Below are positions 27,888 to 38,245 of a DNA stretch of 64,000 nucleotides, piece by piece. Made by a program: the position numbers and the translations under genes. Numbering within the stretch: position 1 is the first letter of the stretch; every line of letters starts with the position of its first letter. The stretch comes from an uncultured Candidatus Saccharibacteria bacterium. Its GTDB lineage: Bacteria; Patescibacteriota; Minisyncoccia; Minisyncoccales; RBG-13-42-11. The DNA lies in assembly GCA_964481125.1 (NCBI GenBank), contig CAYZSL010000002.1, forward strand, positions 24,597-88,596, in the 5' to 3' direction. The notes under the pieces were generated by a model. That model was not told the DNA's origin, searched no databases, and worked only from the letters and a program-made list of their open reading frames with translations.

Positions 27888-28925
27888 TTATGCAACCGCT
27901 TCTTCTGAACTTATGCGGTCTTTTCTTTTTTTGAAAAAATCACTGATAAATTCAAAAAAGATTCCGGCCAAAGGAATTGCTAGGATAGCGCCCAATAATC
28001 CCCAAAGCTGTCCGCCAATCAATAAAGCGATTAAAACCAAAACTGGCGGCAATCCGATGAATTTCTTGCTCAAAATCGGAGTAAGAATATTTCCTTCTAT
28101 CTGCTGGATCAGAAAGAAAACAATCAGAATGAATATGGCTTTTAACCAGTCATCCAAGAAAACCAAAATAGCAATTACTCCTCCAGCCAATACCGGACCA
28201 ATAATGGGAATAATGTTGGTAATGCCGGCAAACAAACCCAAACTGAAAGCGTAATCAATCTTAAACAACTTCAAAGCGAGAAAAGAAGCCAAACCCACAA
28301 AAAAGCAGCATAAAACCCTTGTACCGAACCATCCAGAAATCTTCTGCTGAGATCTTTCCCAAACGCTTACTGCATAATCCTCGTTTTTCTTTGGGAAAAG
28401 AAGCCTGATCGCTCTTTCTGCCCATCTGCCTTCCAGGGAAAAGAAAAAAGCAAGGGAAAAAATGGTAAAAGCAGAAAAGATTCCACCAAAAACAGCTGAC
28501 AAGGCGGTGAAAATATTCGAAGAAGCTCCCAGTAACCAATTTTCAACAGCAACAATGAAACTTTCAAAATTTTCAAAAGCTCCTATGCCCAGCCATTTTA
28601 AAGGTGGAGTTATCTTTTCGAAATATTCTGAAAACATCTCAGCAAATTGCCTGATTTCAGGGATAAAAGACAAAGATATCAAATATATTGATCCTCCAAA
28701 AAAGCCGAAAATCAAAACATAAACTAAGCCAGTAGCCAGAACGCGGTGAACTTTTCTCCTTTGCAGGAAATCTATTGCCGGATTGAACAAAACCGAAATG
28801 ATCAAAGCGAAAATGATCAAAATCAAAATATCCCTGATTTCATAAAGGAGATAAATGATAAGGGCAGCCAAAGCAACCTTTAAAATGCTCCTCCAGGAAA
28901 TATCCAATAGTTTTTCGCTGTTCAT
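27888..28925 (-). CDS. AI-2E family transporter
   Basis: Multi-TM, IPIIGP, QQIEGNILTP. Confidence 0.9.
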   Translation of the reverse strand: MNSEKLLDISWRSILKVALAALIIYLLYEIRDILILIIFALIISVLFNPAIDFLQRRKVHRVLATGLVYVLIFGFFGGSIYLISLSFIPEIRQFAEMFSEYFEKITPPLKWLGIGAFENFESFIVAVENWLLGASSNIFTALSAVFGGIFSAFTIFSLAFFFSLEGRWAERAIRLLFPKKNEDYAVSVWERSQQKISGWFGTRVLCCFFVGLASFLALKLFKIDYAFSLGLFAGITNIIPIIGPVLAGGVIAILVFLDDWLKAIFILIVFFLIQQIEGNILTPILSKKFIGLPPVLVLIALLIGGQLWGLLGAILAIPLAGIFFEFISDFFKKRKDRISSEEAVA

Positions 28926-30190
28926 AATTTTAGCAACTTTTGAAATTTTTCTTTGTCCTTGAATGGGCCGATTAAAGCTAAATTAAGCTTATCATTCCTG
29001 AAAATCTCTTTGGCTACTTTCAGAATATCATTCTGACTGACTTTATCAATCATTTGACATTGTTTTTCCGGAGTATCAATCTTGCCCTTTAATATTTCCT
29101 GTTCGCCAAAATATGTTGCCCAAGCTTCAGAAGTTTCTAACCCCAAATAAAGATGACCTTTTATATTGTCTTTGGCTTTTTGAAGCTCTGCTTTTGATAC
29201 TTTTTTTTCTTTCAGTTTCCGGTATTCCTTAATAATAACTTTAATTGCATCTACTGTTCTTTTATTGTCGAGTCCGGCATGAGTAATTAGATATCCTGAA
29301 TCAGTATATGCTTCAGCCATTGCTCTAACATGGTAAGCCATGCCCCTCTTTTCCCTGATTTCGGTAAAAAGCCTGGAACTCATATTCCCGCCCAAAAGAT
29401 TGGCCAATACCGCTAAAGGATATCTTTTTTGAGAAAAAATATTATAAGCTCTCACGCCCAAAACTAAGTGAGTCTGATCTGTCTCTTTTGTTTGAATAAG
29501 AACTTGCGGAGTTTTTTGCTTTTCAACTACGGGTTTCTTTAATAAAGTTTTATTCTTTTTAAATTTACCGAAAAACTTCTTTAATTTAAAAATTGCTTCT
29601 TTTTCTGAAAAATTTCCGGCCAAAACAATAACTGCATTCTTTGCGCTGAATTGATTTCTGGAATATTTTATTACGTCTTCTCGAGAGATTTGCCTTAGTG
29701 TTTCTTTTTCTCCTGAAATCATCCAGCCAGCCGGCTGATCTCCATATAAAAGTTTTTCCCAGAGCTCTAAAATATATGTCTGAGGCATATCAAAATACAT
29801 GTTAATTTCTTCAATAATTGTCTTCTTTTCCTTTTCAATGGCTTTCTCTTTAATAAGTGGATTAAAAATCATATCTGAAATAATATCGCAAGAAAGTTCA
29901 AGATGCTTTGAATCAACTTTTGTCCAAAAACCCATTAATTCCTTACTGGTATAAGCATTAATAATGCCGCCAACTTTATCTATCTCTTTGGCAATATCTG
30001 TGGGATTTGGCCGTTTCTTTGTCCCCTTAAAAACTATGTGTTCCAAAAAATGAGAAATGCCGTTAATTTTCTTGGTTTCATATTTTGTTCCAGCGCCAAA
30101 TAAAACAAGCAAGGTCAAAGCCCGCGTATTTTCCATCGGATAAGTAATAATGCGTAATCCGTTCTTTAAAACGGTTTTCTTTAAAGCCAT
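28922..30190 (-). CDS. M16 family zinc peptidase
   Basis: HFLEH, NAYTS, SSRLF.EIREKRG. Confidence 0.93.
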   Translation of the reverse strand: MALKKTVLKNGLRIITYPMENTRALTLLVLFGAGTKYETKKINGISHFLEHIVFKGTKKRPNPTDIAKEIDKVGGIINAYTSKELMGFWTKVDSKHLELSCDIISDMIFNPLIKEKAIEKEKKTIIEEINMYFDMPQTYILELWEKLLYGDQPAGWMISGEKETLRQISREDVIKYSRNQFSAKNAVIVLAGNFSEKEAIFKLKKFFGKFKKNKTLLKKPVVEKQKTPQVLIQTKETDQTHLVLGVRAYNIFSQKRYPLAVLANLLGGNMSSRLFTEIREKRGMAYHVRAMAEAYTDSGYLITHAGLDNKRTVDAIKVIIKEYRKLKEKKVSKAELQKAKDNIKGHLYLGLETSEAWATYFGEQEILKGKIDTPEKQCQMIDKVSQNDILKVAKEIFRNDKLNLALIGPFKDKEKFQKLLKL

Positions 30191-30196
30191 AAAAAG

Positions 30197-31525
30197 TTAT
30201 TTTCCCAGTTTATTCTTAAAAAGCTCAACCAACTCTTTTGTTTTTACTCTTTCCTGTTCCATGGTGTCCCTGTCGCGGACAGTCACATCGTCTTTTTCCA
30301 AAGTGTCAAAATCAACAGTCACTGACCATAGGGTCCCTATTTCGTCCTGCCTGCGATATCTTCTGCCTATTGAACCGACCTCGTCGTACTGGCAGACAAA
30401 ATGGATTTTAAGCAATTCAAACAATTCTTTTGCTTTATCGGTCAATTGCGCTTTATTCTTAACTAAAGGAAAAACAGCTATCTTGACCGGAGCCAAGCTT
30501 TTATCCAATTTAAGAGTCACTTCCATTTCTTTTGTTGATTCTGTTGTTTTCGTTCTGCCGCCTTTTGTTTCAGAATATGCATTAACCAAGAAAGTCAAAA
30601 AGCTTCTGTCAGCGCCGGCTGAAGTTTCAATAATATAAGGATAATATTTTTCTTTGGTTTCTTCGTCAAAATACCGCAAATCCTGCTTGGAATGTTTTGC
30701 GTGGTTAGATAGATCCCAATCTCCCCTGTTGTGGATTCCTTCAATTTCTTTCCAGCCGAAAGGAAATTTGTATTCAATATCAACCGCTCTTTTGGCATAA
30801 TGCGCCAGATCTGATTTTTCTACTTCTCTAAAGCGTAAATTATCCTTTTTCACTCCCAGTTTTAAATACCAATCCATTCTTGATTTTTTCCAATCTTCAA
30901 AGAATTTGTCAGCTTTTTTCGGATAGCAAAACCACTGCATTTCCATTTGTTCAAATTCTCGAGTTCGGTAAACGAAGTTGCCTGGAGTAATCTCATTTCT
31001 AAAAGCTTTACCAACTTGAGCTATACCAAAAGGAATTTTCAAACGCATTGAATTTAAAACATTGAGAAAGTTCAAATATATCCCCTGGCAGGTTTCCGCT
31101 CTCAAATAGGTGGTGGCTGCTTCATTTTCAAGAGAACCAACGAAAGTTTTCATCATTAAATTGAATTTCTTTGCTTCTGTCAGTCCGCCACCGCATTCTG
31201 GACACTTTTTCTCTTCAATCGCATCAAGACGAAATCTCTTGTGGCATTTTTTGCATTCAACCAGCTCGTCGGCAAACCCAGCACTCAAATGGCCTGATGC
31301 CTGCCAAACTTGAGGAGACATTAAAATTGCTGCATCCAAACCGACAATATTCTCCTGCTTTTTTGTCATCTCATCCCACCAAGCTTTCTTGATATTATTC
31401 TTCATTTCAACGCCCAAAGGCCCGAAATCGTAGCAAGAACCAAAACCGCCGTAAATCTCTGAAGATTGAAAGATAAAACCACGCCTCTTGGTCAATGAAA
31501 TGATTTTTTCCAAAAGATTCTCCAT
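30197..31525 (-). CDS. glyQS: Glycyl-tRNA synthetase (alpha2 type)
   Basis: KRRGFIF.SSEIYGG, YLRAETCQG, FRNEITPGNF, IGRRYRRQDEIG. Confidence 0.96.
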   Translation of the reverse strand: MENLLEKIISLTKRRGFIFQSSEIYGGFGSCYDFGPLGVEMKNNIKKAWWDEMTKKQENIVGLDAAILMSPQVWQASGHLSAGFADELVECKKCHKRFRLDAIEEKKCPECGGGLTEAKKFNLMMKTFVGSLENEAATTYLRAETCQGIYLNFLNVLNSMRLKIPFGIAQVGKAFRNEITPGNFVYRTREFEQMEMQWFCYPKKADKFFEDWKKSRMDWYLKLGVKKDNLRFREVEKSDLAHYAKRAVDIEYKFPFGWKEIEGIHNRGDWDLSNHAKHSKQDLRYFDEETKEKYYPYIIETSAGADRSFLTFLVNAYSETKGGRTKTTESTKEMEVTLKLDKSLAPVKIAVFPLVKNKAQLTDKAKELFELLKIHFVCQYDEVGSIGRRYRRQDEIGTLWSVTVDFDTLEKDDVTVRDRDTMEQERVKTKELVELFKNKLGK

Positions 31526-31526
31526 A

Positions 31527-33203
31527 TTAGCGAATAATGCTCTTTTCATAGCCAACGCTTGAATCGTCCGGCAAACTAGTATTAATTGAAGGGCTGGTAG
31601 TCTGCAAGGTTTCGCCAGTCCACTGGTCTTGGCCGCTGATTCTTGCTTCGTTAATCAAGACAGGTGTCTGGCCTATTTGGCTTGAATCCGGCCAAAAGGA
31701 AATCTGGAATGAAATACTTGGCGCTTGATTCAAAATTCCCTGGCCGGCCGATAGATCTCCGATGTTCCAAACTATTTCCCTGGATTGGGAATCAAAAGTG
31801 AAATTGTTTTTTTGCTCTTCCGGAAACATCTTGCCCGTCAAACTGACATTGCTGGGTAAAGTGGCTTTAACCTTAACGTCTTTTAAATCATTGTAATAAT
31901 TCTTAACCTGCCAGGAGATTGTGTAGGTAGTTGATTGTCCTACAGTCGGCGGAAGAGGGCCTGAGTTTCCAAAAACCTCATCGTTAAAATACCCTTTTTG
32001 GAAAACAGCCAGTTTTGAATTAACCTTGTTGGTAAATATTTCTTTGACCTGACTCAAGAATATCGTTGAAGCAATCTGCGGATTTGCCTCTGACAGGCTT
32101 TTAATTTCCTGGGAGTCTTTCAATTTTATCCAGAATTCAACCTTGCCTTCTTCCTGCGGATGCAAGAACTGAAGCTTGCTTACTCTTCTCCAATCCCAAA
32201 TTATGGAATTATCTCCCGAAGTGAAATCGCCGTCCAAAGTCTTGGTAGTGGCAAAATCAAACGAAGAGCCGTTTAAAGTAACCAGCATAAACATATCGTT
32301 CAAAGCTTCCTCGCCAATATTCTTGAAGAAAATCTCATAATGGAGCAAATCGCCCGGGTTAGCGACAAGCTTCGGATTACCGTTGATTTCCTGAGTGATG
32401 TACAAAGTAGGCTTAATAATAGATATTCCTTTTGACACATCCCTCAAGATAATGAAGTTGCCGTCTTTCCAGCTGCCTAACTTCGCCCTAAAAATCTTTT
32501 CTTCTCCGATCGTGCCGGAAAGCTTGCCTGAAATTTGGATTCTGCCTCCCTGGGTTTTATTCAAAAGGCCGATTTCCCATTCTGTTTTTTCCAGAGACTT
32601 GGGGGTAGAATCGACAAACTCAAATCCCAAAGGATATTCAACCATTATCCTCAAGTCGGAAAGCGGATAATCGATATTCGAAAAATAATTCAAATTAAGG
32701 CTGAATGTTTTTCCCGATTCAACTTTTGCCGGCAAATCAAATTCTAAATTGAGAGGGATTTTTTTGATTATTGTCGTGAATGAAGTTTTTGATGTATAGC
32801 GGGCTCTTAAATTCTTGGGAGAATAGCTTAAGGAAACCTTAGCTTCCTTAACTTCTCCTTCCTTACCCATAAGCCTTCCTTTAAAAATGAAAGTTTTTTC
32901 CTGGCCCGGGTAAATCGCTCCCCCCAGTTCTTCTGACTTTTTAACCACTCTTAAGGAGGTATAATCTGTGGGTACAGCATACTCAGGATAATCAAAAATT
33001 AACTCGGGTTCTTCCAAATTAACATTCCCGTTGTTCTTGTATTTGACAACGTATTCAATCTCCTGAAGCAATTCTGTTTCTTCCGGCCCCAAAATCTCAA
33101 GCTTCAAGACTTCTTTTGAATAAACGTTTCTCTGATAATAATAAAAACCGATAATCCCGACGACTACCGCTAAAACGATGATAAAAATAGTAAGTTTTCT
33201 CAT
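31527..33203 (-). CDS. Membrane-anchored beta-rich (Ig-like repeat) hypothetical protein
   Basis: N-terminal TM, repeated YxIxYxN-type beta modules, SGPLPPTVGQSTTYTI. Confidence 0.8.
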   Translation of the reverse strand: MRKLTIFIIVLAVVVGIIGFYYYQRNVYSKEVLKLEILGPEETELLQEIEYVVKYKNNGNVNLEEPELIFDYPEYAVPTDYTSLRVVKKSEELGGAIYPGQEKTFIFKGRLMGKEGEVKEAKVSLSYSPKNLRARYTSKTSFTTIIKKIPLNLEFDLPAKVESGKTFSLNLNYFSNIDYPLSDLRIMVEYPLGFEFVDSTPKSLEKTEWEIGLLNKTQGGRIQISGKLSGTIGEEKIFRAKLGSWKDGNFIILRDVSKGISIIKPTLYITQEINGNPKLVANPGDLLHYEIFFKNIGEEALNDMFMLVTLNGSSFDFATTKTLDGDFTSGDNSIIWDWRRVSKLQFLHPQEEGKVEFWIKLKDSQEIKSLSEANPQIASTIFLSQVKEIFTNKVNSKLAVFQKGYFNDEVFGNSGPLPPTVGQSTTYTISWQVKNYYNDLKDVKVKATLPSNVSLTGKMFPEEQKNNFTFDSQSREIVWNIGDLSAGQGILNQAPSISFQISFWPDSSQIGQTPVLINEARISGQDQWTGETLQTTSPSINTSLPDDSSVGYEKSIIR

Positions 33204-33222
33204 ATGTAATTATATTAGCAAA

Positions 33223-33951
33223 TTATTGGGTTTCCCTCAAAATCTCGGAAAAATAATAATTGGATATTTCCTTTAACGAATCTAAATCTTCTTTTTCGAC
33301 TTTTAATCTTGGCAAAGCTGATAAGTCCTTTTTTAACAAAATTCTGATTAATTTTATGGCGTTCAAGCTTATCGGATTTTCCAGTTTTTCAGCTTTACTG
33401 CAATTATTGCAGATTAATCCTCCTTTTTTAAAACTAAAATAGATTTTCTCTGGAATTAGTTTCTTATCACAAGAAGCGCAACGATAAAATTCAATCTGAT
33501 AGCCCAATAAAGAAAGAAAATTCCAAAGGAAATAATGGTAAACGAGATTCCTTGTTTCAGTTTTAATTTTTATATCATTCAGTTTTTCAAAAGTTTCTCC
33601 AAACAATTGCCAAAGTTTTTCATCCGGTTCCTGGCCTTTTAATAAGCTATTTGAAACTTCGGCAATTTGGGAAGCAATAGTTACAGATTTTAAACTTTTT
33701 CTTAAATTGCCGAAACTTTCAATCAAAATAGCATCAGTCAAAGTTTTATAGGCTTTGCCCTGGATAAACTCAACCTCTGAAAGATAAAATAATTCTAAGC
33801 CAGATCTTAACTTTGATGTAATCTTCCTTTCCGCTCTGGCTAATAACTCCAATTTACCAAAATCTTTAGTAAAAAAAGTGAAAAGGCGATCAGCTTCTCC
33901 GACATCTTTCTTTTTTAAAATGAATCCTTGGGTCCGATAATGGATGAACAT
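33223..33951 (-). CDS. recO: DNA repair protein RecO
   Basis: GEADR..TFFTKDFGK, CxxC...GGLICxxC. Confidence 0.93.
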   Translation of the reverse strand: MFIHYRTQGFILKKKDVGEADRLFTFFTKDFGKLELLARAERKITSKLRSGLELFYLSEVEFIQGKAYKTLTDAILIESFGNLRKSLKSVTIASQIAEVSNSLLKGQEPDEKLWQLFGETFEKLNDIKIKTETRNLVYHYFLWNFLSLLGYQIEFYRCASCDKKLIPEKIYFSFKKGGLICNNCSKAEKLENPISLNAIKLIRILLKKDLSALPRLKVEKEDLDSLKEISNYYFSEILRETQ

Positions 33952-34773
33952 TTAAAGTTTCTCGATAACTTTTTCAAAAGAATCCAAACGCTCTTTCAAT
34001 TTGGAATGCAACTGATGTTCCTTAAGCTCCTTTATCTGTTTTTTGATTGAATCGATAAAACTGTAAAATGACTCTTCTCGTCTTTCTGGGTTATCTAAAT
34101 TGTTTTTTATTTCTTCTTCTGACATAGAAAGATAAAAAATCGGCATATGTTCAATTTTTCCCTTCTTTAACTCCATCTTGCCTGCTTTTTTCTCGAAAAA
34201 AATGCCGTATGCAAGATCAGCTCCTTTTCCCTCAAGATTTTTTTTAGAAACTTCTTCCTTTTTCTCTTCAAATATTTCTCCGCTATCGGCTCCAACTTCA
34301 TCAAAAGCACAAACTATATTTCCAGTTTCCCTTTCTAAAATGATGTTGTCTACGTTGTTCTTTAAATCATCGTATTCTGAGGTTCTGGTTACGATAAAAT
34401 CTTTTCCTAATTTTTCTTGGAAGATAGAGGTTTTTAACATTTCAAAAATCTCGCCCATAGGTGTTTCTTTTAATACCTCTTTTTTTGGAAACGCCCAAGA
34501 CGACTTACTTCCACTCATGGCTTTAGCTTTAAAATACGCCTTCAAATCCTTAACATATTTTCGACATGATTCAATAAAGTCTTTGCTATAAACGCCTCCA
34601 AATTCGTTAATATTAATCCTGAGTCTTTCATCGACCGGAACTCCCTCTTCCCTTAATTCCAAAAACCTTTCCCTAATATCTCCTTTTAATATTTCCAGAC
34701 CATCTTTTTTAACTTCCTTTTGTTCCGGCTGCACCTCCCCTTGTCTTATAGGCTGTGGTTCTCTTTCCAACAT
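33952..34773 (-). CDS. Hypothetical protein
   Basis: Long ORF between ileS and recO; start moved to MLERE to remove the overlap with ileS. Confidence 0.72.
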   Translation of the reverse strand: MLEREPQPIRQGEVQPEQKEVKKDGLEILKGDIRERFLELREEGVPVDERLRININEFGGVYSKDFIESCRKYVKDLKAYFKAKAMSGSKSSWAFPKKEVLKETPMGEIFEMLKTSIFQEKLGKDFIVTRTSEYDDLKNNVDNIILERETGNIVCAFDEVGADSGEIFEEKKEEVSKKNLEGKGADLAYGIFFEKKAGKMELKKGKIEHMPIFYLSMSEEEIKNNLDNPERREESFYSFIDSIKKQIKELKEHQLHSKLKERLDSFEKVIEKL

Positions 34774-34774
34774 A

Positions 34775-37648
34775 TTATATTTTTTTAATTGCCAGTAATA
34801 TATTCTGCCCGCCAATTGCAACTTCTTTTTCCATATCAAAACCTTCTTGTGCCTCTCCTGAAATCAAATCTTTTACCCTAGCTTCCTTTAAAATAAAATC
34901 CCTATTTTTAGCTAAAATATTACCCAGTTCGCCACTGCCAGAATAGCTTACCAAGATTTCATCTTTTGGTTTTAAGCCAGCTTTCTTTCTCATTTCCTGG
35001 ATATTCCTGATCAATTCTCTGACTGTTCCTTCTTCTTTCAGTTCTGCGCTAATCTCAATATCTAACTCCACTTCTTTCTTTATTTTATTATCAAAAACCA
35101 CTTCTTTTACATTTACCTCCTCTTTTATCAAATCCAGCAATTCTGAATCAAATTTTAGTTTCACATTTTTCACTTTTAAACTCTGTAAAGGCTGCCTTGT
35201 TTTTATTCCAGATGCTGATCTTTCTGCCAAAGCCAAGGCAACTATTTCTCTGGTTTTCTGCATTTTCTCTTCAAGCTCCTTATTAATAGATTTTTTATTA
35301 ACTCCCGGCCATTCGATTAAATGAACTGATTCTGGCATTCCGTCTTTCTTGAACTTCTGGTAGTTTTCTTCGGCAAAAAACGGCATTATCGGAGCAATAA
35401 GATTCAATAAATTAACAATAACGCAGTAAAGGGTTTGAGAAGCTTCTCTTTTCTCTTCAGGATTATCGGGTTTTTGGAAACGCTTTCTCGATCTGCGAAT
35501 ATACCATAAAGACAAATCGTTTATAAAGAAATCTTCAATCGCCAAAGCAGCTGACATTACATTATAATCATCCAAATCCTTTGTTATTTTAGCTATTAAA
35601 CTGTTTAACCGGGAAAAAATCCAAAGATCTAAACAATTCTTACTTTCAACAATATTTGTTTTATCAGGATATTCTTCCGGAGAAACGTAGGTAGTAAAGA
35701 ATTCAATGGAATTGTGCAAAGTCAATAATTTCCTTTTTGTTTCTTCGGCAAGCTTGTAGCCGAAATTAAGATTATAAGCCGGATTTTGCTTGGCATACAG
35801 CCATCTCATGGGGTCTGCTCCTATTTTCTCAACCGCCTCGTCAAACCAAATGGCATTACCCTTGGATTTGTGCATCTCTTCACCCTTTTCATCACGAACC
35901 AACGCGTATCCGAAAATCGTCCTTGTCGGATTTTTCTTTTCCAAAACCATGCTCATAACGATCAAAGAATAGAACCAGTTTTTGAATTGGCCAGGGAAAG
36001 ACTCGCAAATCAAATCAGCTGGAAACCATTTTTTCCAATAATTCTTGTCAGTGGAATATCCCATGGTGGAAAAAGAAACAATTCCAGCATCCAGCCACGG
36101 ACTGCCGACGTCAGGAATGCGGGAAATTAATTTGCCACATCGCGAACATTTGATTTTAACTTTATCCACCCATGGCCGATGAGGAGAATTTCCCTCAAAA
36201 TCCTGCCAGCCTTCAACCGCTCTTTTTTTCAATTCTTCTTTTGAACCGATAACTTCAAAATGTCCGCAGGAACATTCAAAAATCGGCAAAGCCAATCCCC
36301 AATATCTTTTTTTGGAAATCAGCCAGTCCTGCATATTCTTTAACCAATCCAGCTCCCTTTCCAGACCGAAAGAAGGCAGCCATTTTATCTTTTTAACTAT
36401 ATTCATCAGCGGCTTTCTCAGTTTCTCCATGGAAATATACCATTCATCAACCAAACGGAATATCAAATCTTCCTTGCAACGCCAACAGGTCGGATACCGG
36501 TGTTTGTAATCTTCAATCCTGTAAACAACATTCTTATTTCTTAAATTATCAAAAACCATTTCATTAACTTCTGCTGCCAGATTTCCGGTTAAAAATCCGA
36601 AGCCTTCTTTATATCTGCTTTCATCATCCAAAGGATCGATAACAGGAAGATTGAATTTCTTGCCGAGCTGAAAATCCTCTTGGCCGCAACCAGGAGCAAT
36701 ATGGACGATACCTGTTCCTTCTTCCTCTGAAACTTCGTCCCAAAATATAACTTTATGTTTGAAATCGCCTAAAGTCTCTTTAACTGCCGGCAGTTCATCA
36801 AACATTCCCCCATATTCCAACCCTTCCAAATCTTTTCCCGAAAACTCTCTGATTATTTCTAAATTACCGAAAATTCCTGCTTTATCTTTTTGCAAAATGA
36901 GAATCTCATTGTCTTCGCTTTTAATTTCGGTATAAATCAATTTCGGATTTACAGCCACCACCACATTAGCTGGCAACGTCCATGGAGTAGTTGTCCAAAC
37001 CAAAAGATATGTCTTTTCCCGACCGATAACAGGCAGCTTAACGAAAACTGATTTATGGATGATTTCCTGATATTCTTCCGTCAGAATCTCATGCTGGGAA
37101 ATGGCTGTGCCGCAGCGAATGCACCAGGGCACAACGTCTCTTCCCTTATAAAGCAGTCCGTCTTTCCAACATTTCTTTAAAAAATTCCAAATAGCGTAGT
37201 TGTTCTCGTCAGACATGGTGTAATATGAATTGTCCCAATCCATCCACTGGCCCAATCTAACAGACTGTTCTGTTTGGATTTTGGAATATTTTCTGACCCT
37301 TTCTTTGCACTTATTGACGAAATTAGCTATGCCGTATTTTTCAATATCTTTTTTGTTTTTGAAGCCCAACTCTTTTTCCACCTCTACTTCAACCCAAAGG
37401 CCCTGGCAGTCAAAGCCGTTCTGAAACCTCTGGTCAAACCCTTGGAAAGCTTTATATCTTTGAAAAACGTCCTTGTAAGTCCTTCCCCAGGCATGATGGA
37501 CTCCCATGGGATTATTGGCAGTTATCGGACCGTCCAAAAAAGACCAGCGTTTTTTATCCTGGTTTTTCTCTCTCAGTTTTTCAAAAATCCTATTCTCCTG
37601 CCAAAACTTTAATATCTTTTGCTCTATTTGAGGAAAATTTAATTCCAT
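34775..37648 (-). CDS. ileS: Isoleucyl-tRNA synthetase (type 2)
   Basis: DGPITAN, GVHH, GFDCQGL, WTTTPWTLP, GTGIVH.APG, EMHKS. Confidence 0.96.
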   Translation of the reverse strand: MELNFPQIEQKILKFWQENRIFEKLREKNQDKKRWSFLDGPITANNPMGVHHAWGRTYKDVFQRYKAFQGFDQRFQNGFDCQGLWVEVEVEKELGFKNKKDIEKYGIANFVNKCKERVRKYSKIQTEQSVRLGQWMDWDNSYYTMSDENNYAIWNFLKKCWKDGLLYKGRDVVPWCIRCGTAISQHEILTEEYQEIIHKSVFVKLPVIGREKTYLLVWTTTPWTLPANVVVAVNPKLIYTEIKSEDNEILILQKDKAGIFGNLEIIREFSGKDLEGLEYGGMFDELPAVKETLGDFKHKVIFWDEVSEEEGTGIVHIAPGCGQEDFQLGKKFNLPVIDPLDDESRYKEGFGFLTGNLAAEVNEMVFDNLRNKNVVYRIEDYKHRYPTCWRCKEDLIFRLVDEWYISMEKLRKPLMNIVKKIKWLPSFGLERELDWLKNMQDWLISKKRYWGLALPIFECSCGHFEVIGSKEELKKRAVEGWQDFEGNSPHRPWVDKVKIKCSRCGKLISRIPDVGSPWLDAGIVSFSTMGYSTDKNYWKKWFPADLICESFPGQFKNWFYSLIVMSMVLEKKNPTRTIFGYALVRDEKGEEMHKSKGNAIWFDEAVEKIGADPMRWLYAKQNPAYNLNFGYKLAEETKRKLLTLHNSIEFFTTYVSPEEYPDKTNIVESKNCLDLWIFSRLNSLIAKITKDLDDYNVMSAALAIEDFFINDLSLWYIRRSRKRFQKPDNPEEKREASQTLYCVIVNLLNLIAPIMPFFAEENYQKFKKDGMPESVHLIEWPGVNKKSINKELEEKMQKTREIVALALAERSASGIKTRQPLQSLKVKNVKLKFDSELLDLIKEEVNVKEVVFDNKIKKEVELDIEISAELKEEGTVRELIRNIQEMRKKAGLKPKDEILVSYSGSGELGNILAKNRDFILKEARVKDLISGEAQEGFDMEKEVAIGGQNILLAIKKI

Positions 37649-37653
37649 ATCAA

Positions 37654-38241
37654 TTACAATTTTCTAAATTCTCCGGTTTTTACTTCTTTTTTGCCGACTA
37701 TTATTTTAACAAGCTTTTTCAAAGAATATTTCTTCACTACTTTTTCAAAAAGAGTCAACGGCCGCTGATGGCTAACAACTAGAATATTCTTACCTTTATA
37801 TTTCTTTTCCATTTCTTTAAAAAAACTGCGCAATCTCGATTCAATATCTACATAGGTTTCCCCGCCGGGGGTCAGCAAAACATACCTATTTCTGTAATAT
37901 TGCAAAGCCGTTAATTTCTTCCCTTGTTTCCAGAAAGCTCCAAAGTCTTTAAACGACATTCCGTTAAAAATACCCAAACCGATCTCTCTTAATCTTTTAT
38001 CTAAGTAAGGTTTCAATCCTAATTCCTTGCCTACGATTTCAGCAGTTTGTTTCGCTCTTAAAATGTCAGAGGTAAAAATCAAATCTATTTTTTTGCTTTT
38101 CAAATCTTTTCCGGCTTTTACTGCTTGTTTCTTGCCCTTTTTAGTTAAAGGAACTTTTCTTTTTTCCGGCCAGCAAGATTCAAAATCTTTTACATTTTTC
38201 AAAGATTCCCCGTGCCGTAAAAGAAAATAACGATTATTCAT
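37654..38241 (-). CDS. Histidine phosphatase family protein
   Basis: LLRHGES, SD..RA.QTA, LRE..G, VSH. Confidence 0.9.
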   Translation of the reverse strand: MNNRYFLLRHGESLKNVKDFESCWPEKRKVPLTKKGKKQAVKAGKDLKSKKIDLIFTSDILRAKQTAEIVGKELGLKPYLDKRLREIGLGIFNGMSFKDFGAFWKQGKKLTALQYYRNRYVLLTPGGETYVDIESRLRSFFKEMEKKYKGKNILVVSHQRPLTLFEKVVKKYSLKKLVKIIVGKKEVKTGEFRKL

Positions 38242-38245
38242 ATAA

